Below, piece by piece: positions 51,541-63,819 of a DNA stretch of 64,000 nucleotides. The position numbers and the translations under genes were made by a program. Within the stretch, counting starts at the first letter, position 1, and the number at the start of each line of letters is the position of its first letter. The notes beneath the pieces are model-generated. The model was given only the letters and a program-made list of their open reading frames with translations. It had not been told where the DNA came from and made no database searches. This stretch comes from Octopus sinensis (Eukaryota), in the NCBI RefSeq assembly GCF_006345805.1, contig NC_043010.1, forward strand, positions 21,948,001 through 22,012,000, written 5' to 3'.

Positions 51541-51981
51541 ATGATTTTACTTTTTAACTTTTATCTCGAAGCGAAGTGCTGACGTTTATAAAACTTGTCG
51601 GTTGAGTATAGATACGAGAATTAGTTTCAATCTATCCAGGGTGCTTCTGAATGTTTTTTTTTTACCTGTGGACTCCTTTGATTCGTAACTTATTTGGATG
51701 GACCGTCACATTAATTCAGTGTTTTAAAAAATCCAATTATATTCTTAAAATCAGTGTCGCTGGTGCAACGGTTATAACAGTTACCGTCCAAGAAATCGAT
51801 CTGAGGTCGACTCCAAGCTGAGGCAGGTGTAGCTATGTGGTAAGAAGTTTGCTACACAACGACATGGTTAAGAGTTCAATCCCACTGCATAGTACCTTTG
51901 GTCAGTGATTTCTACTCTGGCGTCGAGCCGAACAGACCTTGTGAGTGGATTTGGTTGTTGGAAACTGAAAGAAGTCCGTCG

Positions 51982-52050
<69 letters not shown>

Positions 52051-53064
52051 TTTCGCCACAGCTTTCTCTCACTTTTTTCTGTAGACCTGCTCGCTTAGCC
52101 AGCGGTGTGGCGTCATATGAAGGCTAAAACAATGCGAAGCGCATTATGTCCAGCGATGTGTAGCAACATTCTATGGCCTGGTCATGGTCACGGTGATATA
52201 TATATGTATGTATGTATGTATGTATATTTATTTGCATGTGTCTTTCTCTCTGTGTTTGTCTCTCTCACCACTGCTTGATTACCGGTAAAAATTCAAGACA
52301 GTGCTCCAACATGACCGTAATCTAGCAACTGAAACAAGTCAAGGATAAAAGATACAAAATTACCAGGATTTGTATAAAAACATTAAAATGTTCTGTGCAA
52401 TGAAGAATTATAACCAGCTTAATGCACATCGATTTTAACAACAAAATCTTATACGGACCCGCAAGTGACTACTCAATGGACAACAGAAAGTTACCCTAAA
52501 TTTATTTTCAATCACAATAATTGGCTTAGACCAGAGTTTATTCGATACCATTTTGTTCAAATTTAAGTGAAATAGAAACCAGTTCCATATTATTATGAAA
52601 GAAACTTCTGAACAAATCATCATGCTGGATCTAATACCACATCCTGACACTTCGACGTCTTTACCAGAATCTGCTGTATTTTGAAGAACATTAGGGACAG
52701 ACTTCCGGTCATGTATTGCTTTATTCCCTTTGTCCGTAAAGATCTCGAGGCCCTTAAAATGTCATGGCCATTCTGTTCCCGCTGTTAAAAAGGACTGTAG
52801 ATGGGAATCTGAAGAAGGTTTGGCTGCTATTTCTGCTTAGGTGGGTACGTTTCTGCGTGTGTATGCATGTTCCTATGTGGTATGATGTTTGACTGTGAAT
52901 CGCTTAGTTCCGGTTTCAGTCCAACTGTATGTCAGTTTTGATAAGGGAGTTCTTCTAGAAACCCTGGGCCGACCAAAGTCTTGTGGCTGAATTTTGTAGG
53001 CGGAAACTGAATGACCGTTGTATGTGTGTATGTGTGTGTGTGTGCATGTGCTTGTATTTATACA

Positions 53065-53640
53065 CTGGAGCACCGCCTTTAGTCGAGCAAATCGAGCCCA
53101 GGACTTATTCTTTGTAAGACTTATTCTATCGAACCGTCAAGTTACGGGGACGTAAGCACACCAGCATCGGTTGTCAAGACATGCGGCGATCTGGCAGAAC
53201 CGTTAACTCTCCGGGCGAAATGCGTAGCGGTATTTCGTCTGCGTTACGTTGTGAGTTCAAACTCCGCTGAGGTCGACTTTGCCTTTCATCCTTTCGGGGT
53301 CGATAAATTAAGTACCAGTTACGCACTGGGGTCGATGTAATCGACTTAATACCTATGTCTGTCCTTGTTTGTCCCCTCTGTGTTTAGCCCCTTGTAGGTA
53401 ATAAAGAAATAGGTTGTCAAGACATGCTGGAGGGACAAACACAGACACACAAACATACACACACACATACATACATACATACATTCATATATATATACTT
53501 ATATACGACGGTCTTCTTTCAGTTTCCGTCTACCAAATCCACTCACAAGGCTTTGCCCAAGGTGCTTTGCAGTGGGAATCAACCCGGAACCATGTAGTTT
53601 GTAAGCAAGCTACTTACCACACAGCCACTCCTGCGCCATG
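53065..53640 (-). mobile_element. SINE family A interrupted by a family B SINE
   Basis: Tail 53065-53184; body and head 53412-53640, ending ccacacagccactcctgcgcc. Confidence 0.85.
53185..53411 (+). mobile_element. Full-length SINE family B (227 bp) with 16-bp target-site duplication
   Basis: GGTTGTCAAGACATGC at 53169-53184 and 53412-53427. Confidence 0.92.
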
Positions 53641-54636
53641 CGTTTGTGTGTTCGTGGTTGTGCCTGTCCCCCACAACCCTTTTGACAACGTTGTTTCTAT
53701 TCCCGTAACTGCGAGTATGTAAAAACTCTCTTTTTCTGAATTATATAAGGAATCCATACAACGAACTTGATAGCTTCTCATTCAGAAAGACATCGTCCTC
53801 ACTGGAATTTAAATAACAATAAAACTATAGTTACATCATTCATTTCAGAAAACTCTTCCATATCCCAACTGTTCCGCATACAAATTGAATTTACTGAAGA
53901 CCAGAACCTCGCATAAAACCTCAGGTATTTCTTGTTTTCTTCAGATTTTATTTAATACTACAATTAGCAGAATAACGAAACGTGGCAATGTTTATGAATC
54001 TAAATATAAATTCATAATCTGAGGAGAAATGTTGTACGATTCAATGCAGTGGACCATTAATGTTCTCTTTCTAACAAATTTTAAATGAAATATTCATGTC
54101 GTTGTAATTCAATGTTGCCACTTGTTTATGCAAAGCTGTAGCATTGACGAATAGAAGCGGCTCAGTTAATATATTCCTATTTCGATGTCTATTAGTGAAG
54201 TTGTGAAAACACTGTTGAATTATTAATTCAGTATTTTACTTGGTCCTGTGTGTGTTTTAAGGTGAGTGAACTGTATCATTTGAACGGTCGCTAATATGTA
54301 ATGCACTGAAGCAGTTTCATTCGTAAATTCGGATAGAAAATAAATCGAAAAGAGAAAAACACATGAAGATTACTATTTGTGTTACGAAAAACCTGGTTTA
54401 TTATAATACTTTCTTATTTTATTGAAAACGTTTTATGTTACGTCGTTTCTCTGATATCATTAATATATTTTTCGCTTTCTCTCTTTGTTATAATGCTTTT
54501 TGTTTAAGTTTTTTCTTAATTTCAGTTGTTTCAGAAAGCATAGGTTTGTACACATTCCATTCACCATCATTGCGTATTATCACAAGAAAGACTATGCTTC
54601 ATGTGCGAAACCAAGGGTAACCTTGTGTCAAACTTA

Positions 54637-54703
<67 letters not shown>

Positions 54704-54782
54704 GATAGAGTTTTTCGAAAAAAATTCTATCAATGGCTAGCATATTAAAAAATACCTTTAAAGGTTAAATTTATAAACAATT

Positions 54783-54974
54783 TATAAGTAAGGGCCAAAG
54801 AAAAAAGTTCTAATGCCAAAATATGCCGAAAATGGACACTACGTCAATAACCATGTAATATATCACTACAAGCACGTATACGTAAACACGTGCTTGTAGT
54901 GATGTATTACATGGCTATTGACGTAGTATCCATTTTCGGCATATTTTAGCATTAGAATTTTTTTTTTGCCCTTA

Positions 54975-54980
<6 letters not shown>
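54783..54980. repeat. 198-bp near-perfect hairpin (about 95-bp arms, 10-nt loop)
   Basis: 54783-54877 is the reverse complement of 54888-54980 with a few mismatches, mostly transitions. Confidence 0.93.
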
Positions 54981-55014
<34 letters not shown>

Positions 55015-55579
55015 TTCATCTTAAGGGCATTAATACGCATAAATGCCTCACGCTAAGAGGGACTCTTAAAGTCAAAACTACCATAATAAATACAGTGTAC
55101 TGAACTCATTAAACGAGCTACTAAAAACAGTTTCAGCCGCATATCATACGATTTCATAATTAGTGCACAAAATGCACTTTTTAATCGTCAGTGCAATCAT
55201 GATCAAGATACATAAAAATGAACAAAAATCAACATACCAGACGAACACCAAATGTATCCAACATACCACATTAGAGCTGTTCATTTGTATATATCTATGT
55301 AAGAAGCGGGCTTTTCGAATTGCATATGCGTACACGTGTATATTCAGAATAATTCAGCACTGAATATATTCTGGTTAAATTTAATATTTAAAAGTAGGAT
55401 AAAATCTTTACAAGAATTTATCAAGTAGTCAGCGTGAAAAACGTGCAATTCAAAAAGCCCACCTCTTATACAGATATATACGAGTGAACAACTCTAATGT
55501 GTTATGTTAGATACATTTGGTATTTGTCTGGTATGTTGACTTTTGTTCATTTTTATGTGTCTTGATTATGTCTTGAATA

Positions 55580-56520
55580 TGTCTGCACTGACGAGCCCTC
55601 AAAATCTATCAGCTCAATCCCCTGGAACATGGGGGTGTCTGAGTTTCTTATCAGGCCTGTAGTGCATGAAGACATTCGGTATGCCCCATTCAAGATGGGA
55701 AAGGGCCAATATTTCTCCCAAACCATCGAGGACAAGACGACAGACCGCACTACAAAGCTTTTGAACAAACTCAAGCATCCTCTCCAACCGAACATGCTTT
55801 GGTTTTTATCAGACGAGAAAAAATTCTGCCAAAATCAGATGGTGAGCAACCATTGGTTTGCCGTGTCCTAAACATGTACCGAGAGTGATAAAAATCAAAC
55901 AACCAGTAAACATCATACATCATGTTGTTTAGTGTAAGAAGGCTACGTTATGCCTCCATTCAACTTCCTAGATAGCCTCATATTCAACACAGTGGTCTAC
56001 ATCAAATGCCTGGATGTGGTAGTACTACCCCAGATCATGAGGATGGCTGGTGGAAGACTCTATGTCTTTCAACACAACTGTGAACCATGCCACACAGGCA
56101 GGAGTACCCAGTCATGGCTTTTAGACAATTTCTGCAACCACATTACCCCTAACATCTTGTTAGGGGTAACTCTCCAGTTACCTAACTCTCCAGACTGCAA
56201 CCCCCTTGATTATTAAGTGTGGAATGCAGTTGAGCGAGTGATCAACAAAACTCCTTGTAACACCAAAGATTAACTGATGGCAAGGATTATACAGCATTCA
56301 CCAACTATACCAGGAGACTGTCCAGAAGAGTTGCACTAGATTTCAAAGTCATCTGGAAGCCGTGATTGAAGATAATGGCATTTTCATTGAATAGATTCAC
56401 TCGTTAGTATTTCAAGATATTTTTATGTAATTTTGGTAAATATATCTGTAAAAATGAGATGTCAGTGTAATTTTCAATTTTACGTAATTTAAACGACAAT
56501 TTATTCACTACACTCTATAT
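55580..56520 (+). mobile_element. Decayed maT/DD37D-type Tc1-mariner transposon (left end not found)
   Basis: WFLSDEKKF, YVFQHNCEPCHT...WL.DNF and NSPDCNPLDY; acid spacing is 37 after removing an 18-nt insertion; ends ...ttattcactacactc-TA. Confidence 0.75.
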
Positions 56521-58850
56521 AAAACTTAGATAAAACTTAGATATGTTTCGACCAGAGATTGGTCCAGGCCATGTCTAACTTAATAGCACCACCTGATAGG
56601 ATTATTCGAATCCTGTTTAAGTCAAGTTTTGTTCAAGTAGTGAGTTCTTGTTGGGTGAGTTGTATCCAGTTTTGTTCAAGTAGTGAGTTCTTGTTGGGTG
56701 AGTTGTATCCAATTATGGGTGGCTTATCTGGTATTCTTTGAAGGAATCTATCCAGACTCTGTTTAAAGTTGATGGGATCCTTTTCCTCTTTGATCTCCCT
56801 CGGGACAATGTTAAATAGGGCAGGGCCTGTTGAGGAAAAGAAATTATGTTGCAGTGTACGTGTATGTTGTGATCTTGAATTTGGCAGGGGACGTATAGCC
56901 CGTGGTCCAAGTCTCGGATGAACCTTGAAGCTAATGTTTAGGTCGTTTGGGCAAAGTTGGCGGTATATTTTCCACATCGTACAAATGATGTACCGCTCAC
57001 GGCGACGCTGGAGGGAGTAAAGTTTCAAGGCTTTAAGGCGATCCCAATAGTCGAGAGCAGCCATGCCTTCAATTTGTTTAGTGAGAGCCCTCTGGGGTGA
57101 CTCAATTCTGGAGATGTTTTGTCTTGTGTGAGGAGACCACAGTGGGCAGCAGTATTCAAGGTGTGGCCGTACAAAGGAGGAAAAAAGTGGTATGATGACA
57201 CCTTGTTCTCTGGACCGGAAAGTTCTTAAGATCCAGGAACTCATCCTACGAGCTGTATCGACCTTCTTGTTGATGTGTGCACTCCAACTGAGATCGTCAT
57301 CAACAATTACACCCAGGTCTCTGATATTGTTAGAGGCTGTGAGCGGTTCCCCTGAAGGAAGAGAGTATGGTTGTTTTAGTGAGGAATTTCTTCCAAAATG
57401 CATCAGCTCAAATTTTCCCTCATTCAGTTGCATTTTGTTTCTGTCTGCCCATTGACTCACAGCATATAGGTCAGACTGGAGTTGAGTTCGGTCTGCTTCT
57501 TCATTGACGATTTGCTGGAGCTTAGTGTCATCAGCGAATATTTTCACTTTGCAGTGATGTACGACACTGGAAAGGTCGTTTACATAAATTATGAAGAGTA
57601 GCGGACCCAAAACAGGGAACACCGCTGGTGACTTTTGCTGGGTTTGAGTGGACTCCATCAACTACAACATGTTGTGTTCTATTCGCTAGGAAATACTGAA
57701 TCCAGTGTAGAACTTTTCCACGGATTCCAACATTTGCCAATTTTGAGAGTAGGATGTTATGGTCTACTCTGTCGAACGCTTTACTGAAGTCAAGGTATAT
57801 GACGTCAGAGTTCGAACCTGTTCCCAAGGCTTTGAGTACATCTTCAATGTGGTGTAAGAGCTGTGTTAGACAGTCCCTGCCACAGCGAAAGCCATGCTGA
57901 TTTGAATTTAGGAGTTTGTGGGTCTCCAGGAAGTCAGCTATCCTTGATCTTAACACTCTTTCAAACACTTTAATGATGTGGGAGGTGAGTGAGATTGGGC
58001 GATAGTTGAGTGCGAGGGATCTGTTTCCCTGTTTGAAAACCGGGATGACCGACTGGGATAGAAACTTTTTCGGTAACCTGCGTCTAACGAGTTTCTCCAG
58101 AGGTTGGTCAGAGGGACTGCAAGTTGATATCTACATTCCTTCAGGAGACTGGCGGGAAATCTATCAGGGCCTACAGCAGAGTAATGTTTGACCTCATTTA
58201 TTGCTGCTACGATGTCGGTGGCAGTGAAGGTTATGTCTGCGATTTTGTGTTGGGAGTCAGCTTCGTTCGTTTCCCTCACATCAATATCAGTGGGAACACT
58301 GAAGACAGAGCAATATTGTTTCTGCAGTATTTCTGCCATTTCTTTAGCATCGTGTTGGGGAATGCCGTTTTCATCAATCAATGGCCCAATAGGTGAGACA
58401 GTGGTTCTATGCTTATTTGCATAAGAATAGAACACTTTTGGGTTCTGTTTGATGTTTTTGATTACCCATTGTTCCTCCACAGCTCTTTGATTTTCAATGG
58501 AGGTTTTCATGTTAGTCTGCAGATGAAGTTTTTCCAGCTCTAGTCTTTTCATTGTTGTTGAATGTGGATGTTGCGTGTGGGAATACTTTAATTGGTTGAT
58601 TTTTTTGTTGAGTCTTTTGATGCGCCTGATGAGTGTTTTTTTTCTTTTTAGGGAGCCGGTTTCTGTTTGTGTTAGTAGATTTCTTGGGAGCGTGTTTAGA
58701 GCATGTGTCGGTGACAATGGTTTCAAAGTACTGCCACGCGGTCTCAATATGAGGGAAATTGAGAGTAAGAGACCAGTCAATGGAAGACAGATCCTTTCTG
58801 ATTGTTCCCCAGTCCGCTTTGTAGAAATTTATGTTGTCAATATATATATT
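56521..58850 (-). mobile_element. 5'-truncated CR1/L2-group LINE ORF2 with 3' stem-loop and (ATCTAAGTTTT)2 tail
   Basis: ORFs 57950-58780, 57531-57968 (NQHGFR.GR.CLTQLL, VIYLDFSKAFDRVDH) and 56633-57661 (LGPLLFIIYVNDL, FADDTKL, RPHLEYCCPLWSP, SLQRRRERY); small deletion in the SGVPQGS motif. Confidence 0.94.
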
Positions 58851-58855
58851 TATAC

Positions 58856-59049
58856 AATTGCAGCGTGGAAGGTGTTTATAAGCCATTTAAAAGACACACA
58901 AAAACCATTTAATTTGCCAAAATATGTTCGTCGCTTTGAGACCGCAACCTGTTCTCTGATAAAATTCCGTGCAGCACGGAATTTTGAAGTGAATCTAACG
59001 GTTTTGTGTGTTTCTTAAATGGTTTATAAACATCTTCCACGCTGTAATT
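58856..59049. mobile_element. 194-bp MITE-like element with ~50-bp TIRs and an internal 25-bp palindrome
   Basis: 58856-58906 matches the reverse complement of 59000-59049; AAAATTCCGTGC-A-GCACGGAATTTT at 58961-58985. Confidence 0.75.
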
Positions 59050-59130
59050 ACTTTCGTTCGAGCACAGGATCTCAGATCAGGTCATTTTGTTATGCAAGGA
59101 CATTTCCGTATATATTAGAAGGTCTTGAAA

Positions 59131-59176
59131 CCACCTGATGAATGTCCTTAGAAGTGACAGGAAACAATTGTAGTGG
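59131..59176 (+). ncRNA. Minimal type I hammerhead ribozyme candidate
   Basis: CCAC-CUGAUGA-A-UGUC(CUUAGAAGU)GACA-G-GAAAC-AAUU-GUA-GUGG. Confidence 0.65.
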
Positions 59177-59368
59177 ATAACTTAATTTTATTTAATTTAT
59201 ATAAAATTTTTTATGTATTGGATTAAGTCTTTCTTTGTTTGATTTGCATAATAGTGGTTTTGTCTCTAATTAATATTATAGTAAAAATTTACTATAAAAT
59301 TGGATTCAATCCTAAATCTGATTTTTCCCTGTAAATTTGGATTTATTCCCTAATATTCATATATATAT

Positions 59369-59466
<98 letters not shown>

Positions 59467-60429
59467 ATGTTGCAGTCAAACCAGTAGGTTATGAGCTTTA
59501 TTTCGCAACCACATGCTTCTGTTTAGGATCCCTTTGCACGGCACTCGAATCTAGTGTTTTCCATTGTAGCCCCTGGATAAATGATAGCCTGCAGAGTTTA
59601 GAAGCCTCATATGCGATGGTGTATTCTTGTCGGTGTCTAACGTAAATTGCGTCCCTTTACGTCAAAAGTGGTAGCTTAGCTTCTGGATAAATAGAGGCCG
59701 TTGTAATTAAGAAAGAGGCTAACACTCGAAGTGTGGGTATGTGATGTGTGAAACCTTTGAATATGGTGATATAGCATGGCGCAGTCTTAGTGACCGAAAC
59801 AAGTAAAATATCACGTATATATATTCAGAGATTCTTCAGCTACAATATGGCAGCATGGCTTAATGTTTACTAGGATGGCAATTACTTTATGGCAATTAGT
59901 TTAATGATGTTCGAAGCAATTTATCAACGGAATGTCTAAATACTGTAAGCTTTTAAAGTTATACTAAACCATTGCATTTAACGTGTTCCAAGTTTTCCGC
60001 TTGAAGTGATTTATGTCCGGAATCGCTGGGGTAATTACAACAAATATATCATATATTTGTGTATGTGTGTGCATGTGAGAGTTTGCCTGCGTGCGTGTGT
60101 GTGTGTTTGTGTGTGTATGTGTGTGCGTATATATTTATAATTCTGTTATAGAAAGTTATTAACTTTAAGATTAAAGATTTCACTTTTGTAAATTTTTGGC
60201 TCTATCAGAAAAGATTTAAACAAAAACGTTTGGGTACGACCAATTTTATTCTATTCATATTGCGTTGTTTATCATTAGTGGCTAACATATATTGTATTGT
60301 GTCTTTAAAACAACTCTTTGATGAACCGTTATCAAAATTTTGTATAATGTATGGAACCGGCACTTATGAGGTTGCCATGTATCAAGCAAGAGCATAAGAT
60401 TCCGAGTTTGCTTCCAAGCAGAGACCTGG

Positions 60430-60516
<87 letters not shown>

Positions 60517-60529
60517 TTAATAATAAGTA

Positions 60530-61105
60530 CTAGACTAAGCTAAATGCAAAAGAAACACACAAAGAAAAATCCCAGCAATTGATGAGAAGCTCAGGACTCA
60601 AAGCAGAGACGGAGGGATTTTTAATTGCAGCACAAGACCAAAGTCTCCCCACCAGAAATTACCAAAAACTTATAATGAAAAGAAACATAACAGGTAACTG
60701 CAGAATATGCGGAGATCGACAAGAAACAATAAATCATATTATTTCTGGAAGCCCAGTCCTGGCTAAAAAGGAATATATTCACAGACACGACAGAGTTGGG
60801 ACCTACATACACTGGAAGCTATGCCAACATTATGGAATAACAACAGAAAAAAATGGTATAAGCACACACAAGGAAAGGTCACAGAAAACGAGAAAGCAAC
60901 CATACTCTGGGATATGCCAATACACACAGATAGAGAAATGAAGGCCAACAGACCAGATATAGTTGTCAGAGATGAAGAAAAAATGCTTTCTTTCTAATTG
61001 ATGTATCAATACCAGCAGATGACAATGTGTCTCTAAAAAAATGGAGAAACTTTCAAAGTACAAAGACCTGGAAATAGAGGTAACTCGAATGTGAAATCTA
61101 AAAAC
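60530..61105 (+). mobile_element. R4/Dong-like internal fragment, same family as 19928-22050, preceded by (TAA)n
   Basis: MRSSGLKAETEGFLIAAQDQSLPTRNY..CRICGD..ETINHIISG.., RPDIVV, KYKDLEIE. Confidence 0.9.
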
Positions 61106-61165
61106 AATAACAACAACATCGCAAAATACCTTAGGAATGAGAACCCAGGTTTGAAATTTCCCCAA

Positions 61166-61211
61166 GACACCTGATGAAGGCTGGAGGGTGTATTAGCCGA
61201 AACGTTGTGTT
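61166..61211 (+). ncRNA. Minimal type I hammerhead candidate within a PLE-like terminal repeat (61106-61255)
   Basis: GACAC-CUGAUGA-A-GGCUG(10 nt)UAGCC-GAAAC-GUU-GUGUU. Confidence 0.62.
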
Positions 61212-61259
61212 AACAACAAACAAGATAAGGACGAATGTAAATAATGTAAATAAATAGAA

Positions 61260-61700
61260 TGATGAGTTGATGTATGAATGTAAGTCGGGCAGGTAGGAAC
61301 TTTCACAGGAGCTACATGGCTAATGGTTCTAAGGGAGTGAGATTGATCAGTAGGAGCAGCAGAGAGAGAAAAGAAATGGAGATGAGTTGTACTGTTGGCT
61401 CCTTAAGCACGCGGTGATTAAAAACTGATGGGTGATGGGTTTGCCAGATTTATGTGGTGCATAAGGTGGGAGTGGGCTGACAAGCTACATCTGTAAAAAT
61501 TGGATAGTGTTGAACAGGGGTGGATGACCAACGGGTTATGTGTTGGAGAAAATAGCGGGATCCAAAAGACAGCCGGGGAGGTGAGCGGAAGGATAGCAAG
61601 AAGATCCAGTTGACGAGGGTGGTGGGTGCAAGAGAGAGGCACAGTTGACATAATTCGATGACCAAACAACATTAGATGCTGTTTAAATCGCAACTACACA
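61260..61700 (-). mobile_element. Possible decayed PLE linker/zinc-knuckle fragment
   Basis: C-rich minus strand with IPLFSPTHNP and PCSSC...PTCPTYIHTST, resembling the PLE RT-to-GIY-YIG linker; weak. Confidence 0.35.
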
Positions 61701-62349
61701 ACGCTTAGTCATAGGATGGCTGCTCACTGTTTGCCTCAACCGGACATGTGGTGATTTGCTCTGCTATTGCCGAAGATTTTATCCATCGTACTCTAGAAAC
61801 TAAGATCTGCTTCTAGTGGCTGCTGAGAAAAACTCAACTTCCATCTTCCTCTCACTTTCAGTGTCTCTCTTTCTAAAAAAAATCGCAGATTGAAGCTTAG
61901 CAAGTTTGCGATTAAGCTGCGTTTACTGTATGTATATTTTAGATAATCCAGATGTAAATATTGTATACCTAATTCCTTTAATAAATGATATGGGTATAGA
62001 TAAATCAGGGCATTATTCAACCTGGATCCTTTTCTTTTATTTTCTAAAAAGTAAAATTCTAAGCCTAGCCAAATATACTCGTTTGTCTCGTCTATATATG
62101 TTATCCATCTTGTCCATTTGTATATTTTGATATTAGCAAATATGGTTATAGTTGTGGTTGTTAGCATAGCACTAGGTCAGAGCAGACCCCGACGATTTAT
62201 AATCCAAATGGTTCCAATCACCTGCATCCGATCGTTTTTTCATGCCTTGTGTTTTACGGACAATCGAATTACGGACTATCGAATTATTGTTTTAAGACAT
62301 TGGGGTGAAATGTGTAGAAAGTTTAGTTGCTATTTCTTGGCTGTAAGGG

Positions 62350-62560
62350 CCCCTGGCCAAGTGGTTAGAACGTTGCACTCACGATAGCGAGATAGAGGTT
62401 TCAATTCCTGAACTGGGCGGCACGTTGTGTTCTTCAGTAAAACCATTCTCGTATTGCTCTGCGATCACATCGACACCAGACGTGTGGTACACAATGCACC
62501 TGCTTCGGCAACATCGATGTAATAGAGGGAGAACTAATGTGCAGCACATGCATTTGATCA
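62350..62560 (+). mobile_element. SINE family D (diverged)
   Basis: TGGCCAAGTGG A-box, GGTTTCAATTCC B-box-like, ttgtgttctt central block. Confidence 0.65.
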
Positions 62561-63699
62561 CGAATAAACAAATCATTTGTGCAGGTTCTCCAGACATTAA
62601 TCGCAGAACAGTATTTCTCGGGCCACGAGAGACTACTGTTAATTTCTTGTCTGTTGAGGAATCGTATAGAGGCTGTCTCGTTGATTACAAATAAAGGTAT
62701 GATTTAGTGGAGAACTAGGAATACAATTACAAGTATACGAAACTATTTGGATTTGAAACGTAGACCATAAAAACGAGAAGTTTCATTATTTTCCCCGGAG
62801 TCTATCGTTATTCTAATGCTGTCAATTTTCCAAGTCATCTACCCATATGTGATATGAAAAAGTTGGTTGCAGTTTGAGAATCCGCAGGTTTAAGTAGCTG
62901 TGCGTTACGACCACTCTAAAAGAAAAGAATCTTACGAGAGATTTTAGGATTTCTCGAAATCGAACTGTAATACAGAAGGATGACTCCAAAATGTAATACT
63001 AGTTTTGGCGTGTTGTTAATGCAACACGGATATCTCCAATAAAAATTTCGTAACACCAAACACCAATTAATTATTTACCGTGTGGATTGAGAAACAGAAT
63101 CGATGATCATTTATATTCAAGGGAATAGTTCCTTTATGATAGAATATACAAGATTTGCGTGATGCATGTTAAGTAGGATTTACAAAGGAATGGTGTAAAC
63201 GTTAAACTAAATCGTATCTGATAGTGTTCAGTTAAAATTAATGATTCTTTTCCATCAGAATTAAAAATGATTTAGAAATGTTTGGATTTACATTCTTCGA
63301 GGCAGTTTCGAGTCAATGGAATTCGGTTGGGGATGTAGGGCTTACTATTAAGTGTTTTAACAGAACTTTGCACTATAGAACGTAAACTGAAGGAGATTTT
63401 ACTAACGTTTTCTAGTAAAATGAGCTGTCCCCACAAGGGGATCTTATCCTGTTTCTATTTTCTTCTGTTACGTCTGCCCTATACAGTCTGGCGGTTGCCA
63501 TGTATTAACACACTGATATTTTGACATTTGCTTCTGTCCTTTTTATACCGATAAATCACAGTATCACAGATATTGCTTTCTTTATGAAGAGTGAGTAATA
63601 CTGTGAGACTTAGTTTAAAATCGAGTTTATTCTTAAGCCACAATGAACCTTAGCATTCATAGAAGATTTTGTTGTCTTTTTGTTCTCATTATTATTATA

Positions 63700-63739
<40 letters not shown>

Positions 63740-63819
63740 GTATTATCATTGTTGTTGTTATTGTTGCTGCTGCTGCTGTTGTTGTTGTTCTTCTTCGTCT
63801 TGTTCATTAACACGCCGAA

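Noticed and set aside
56633-57661. 342-aa ORF as an intact functional RT gene
   Set aside because: It is the 3' part of a 5'-truncated LINE ORF2, separated from the upstream RT motifs by a frameshifting deletion, with no endonuclease or promoter.
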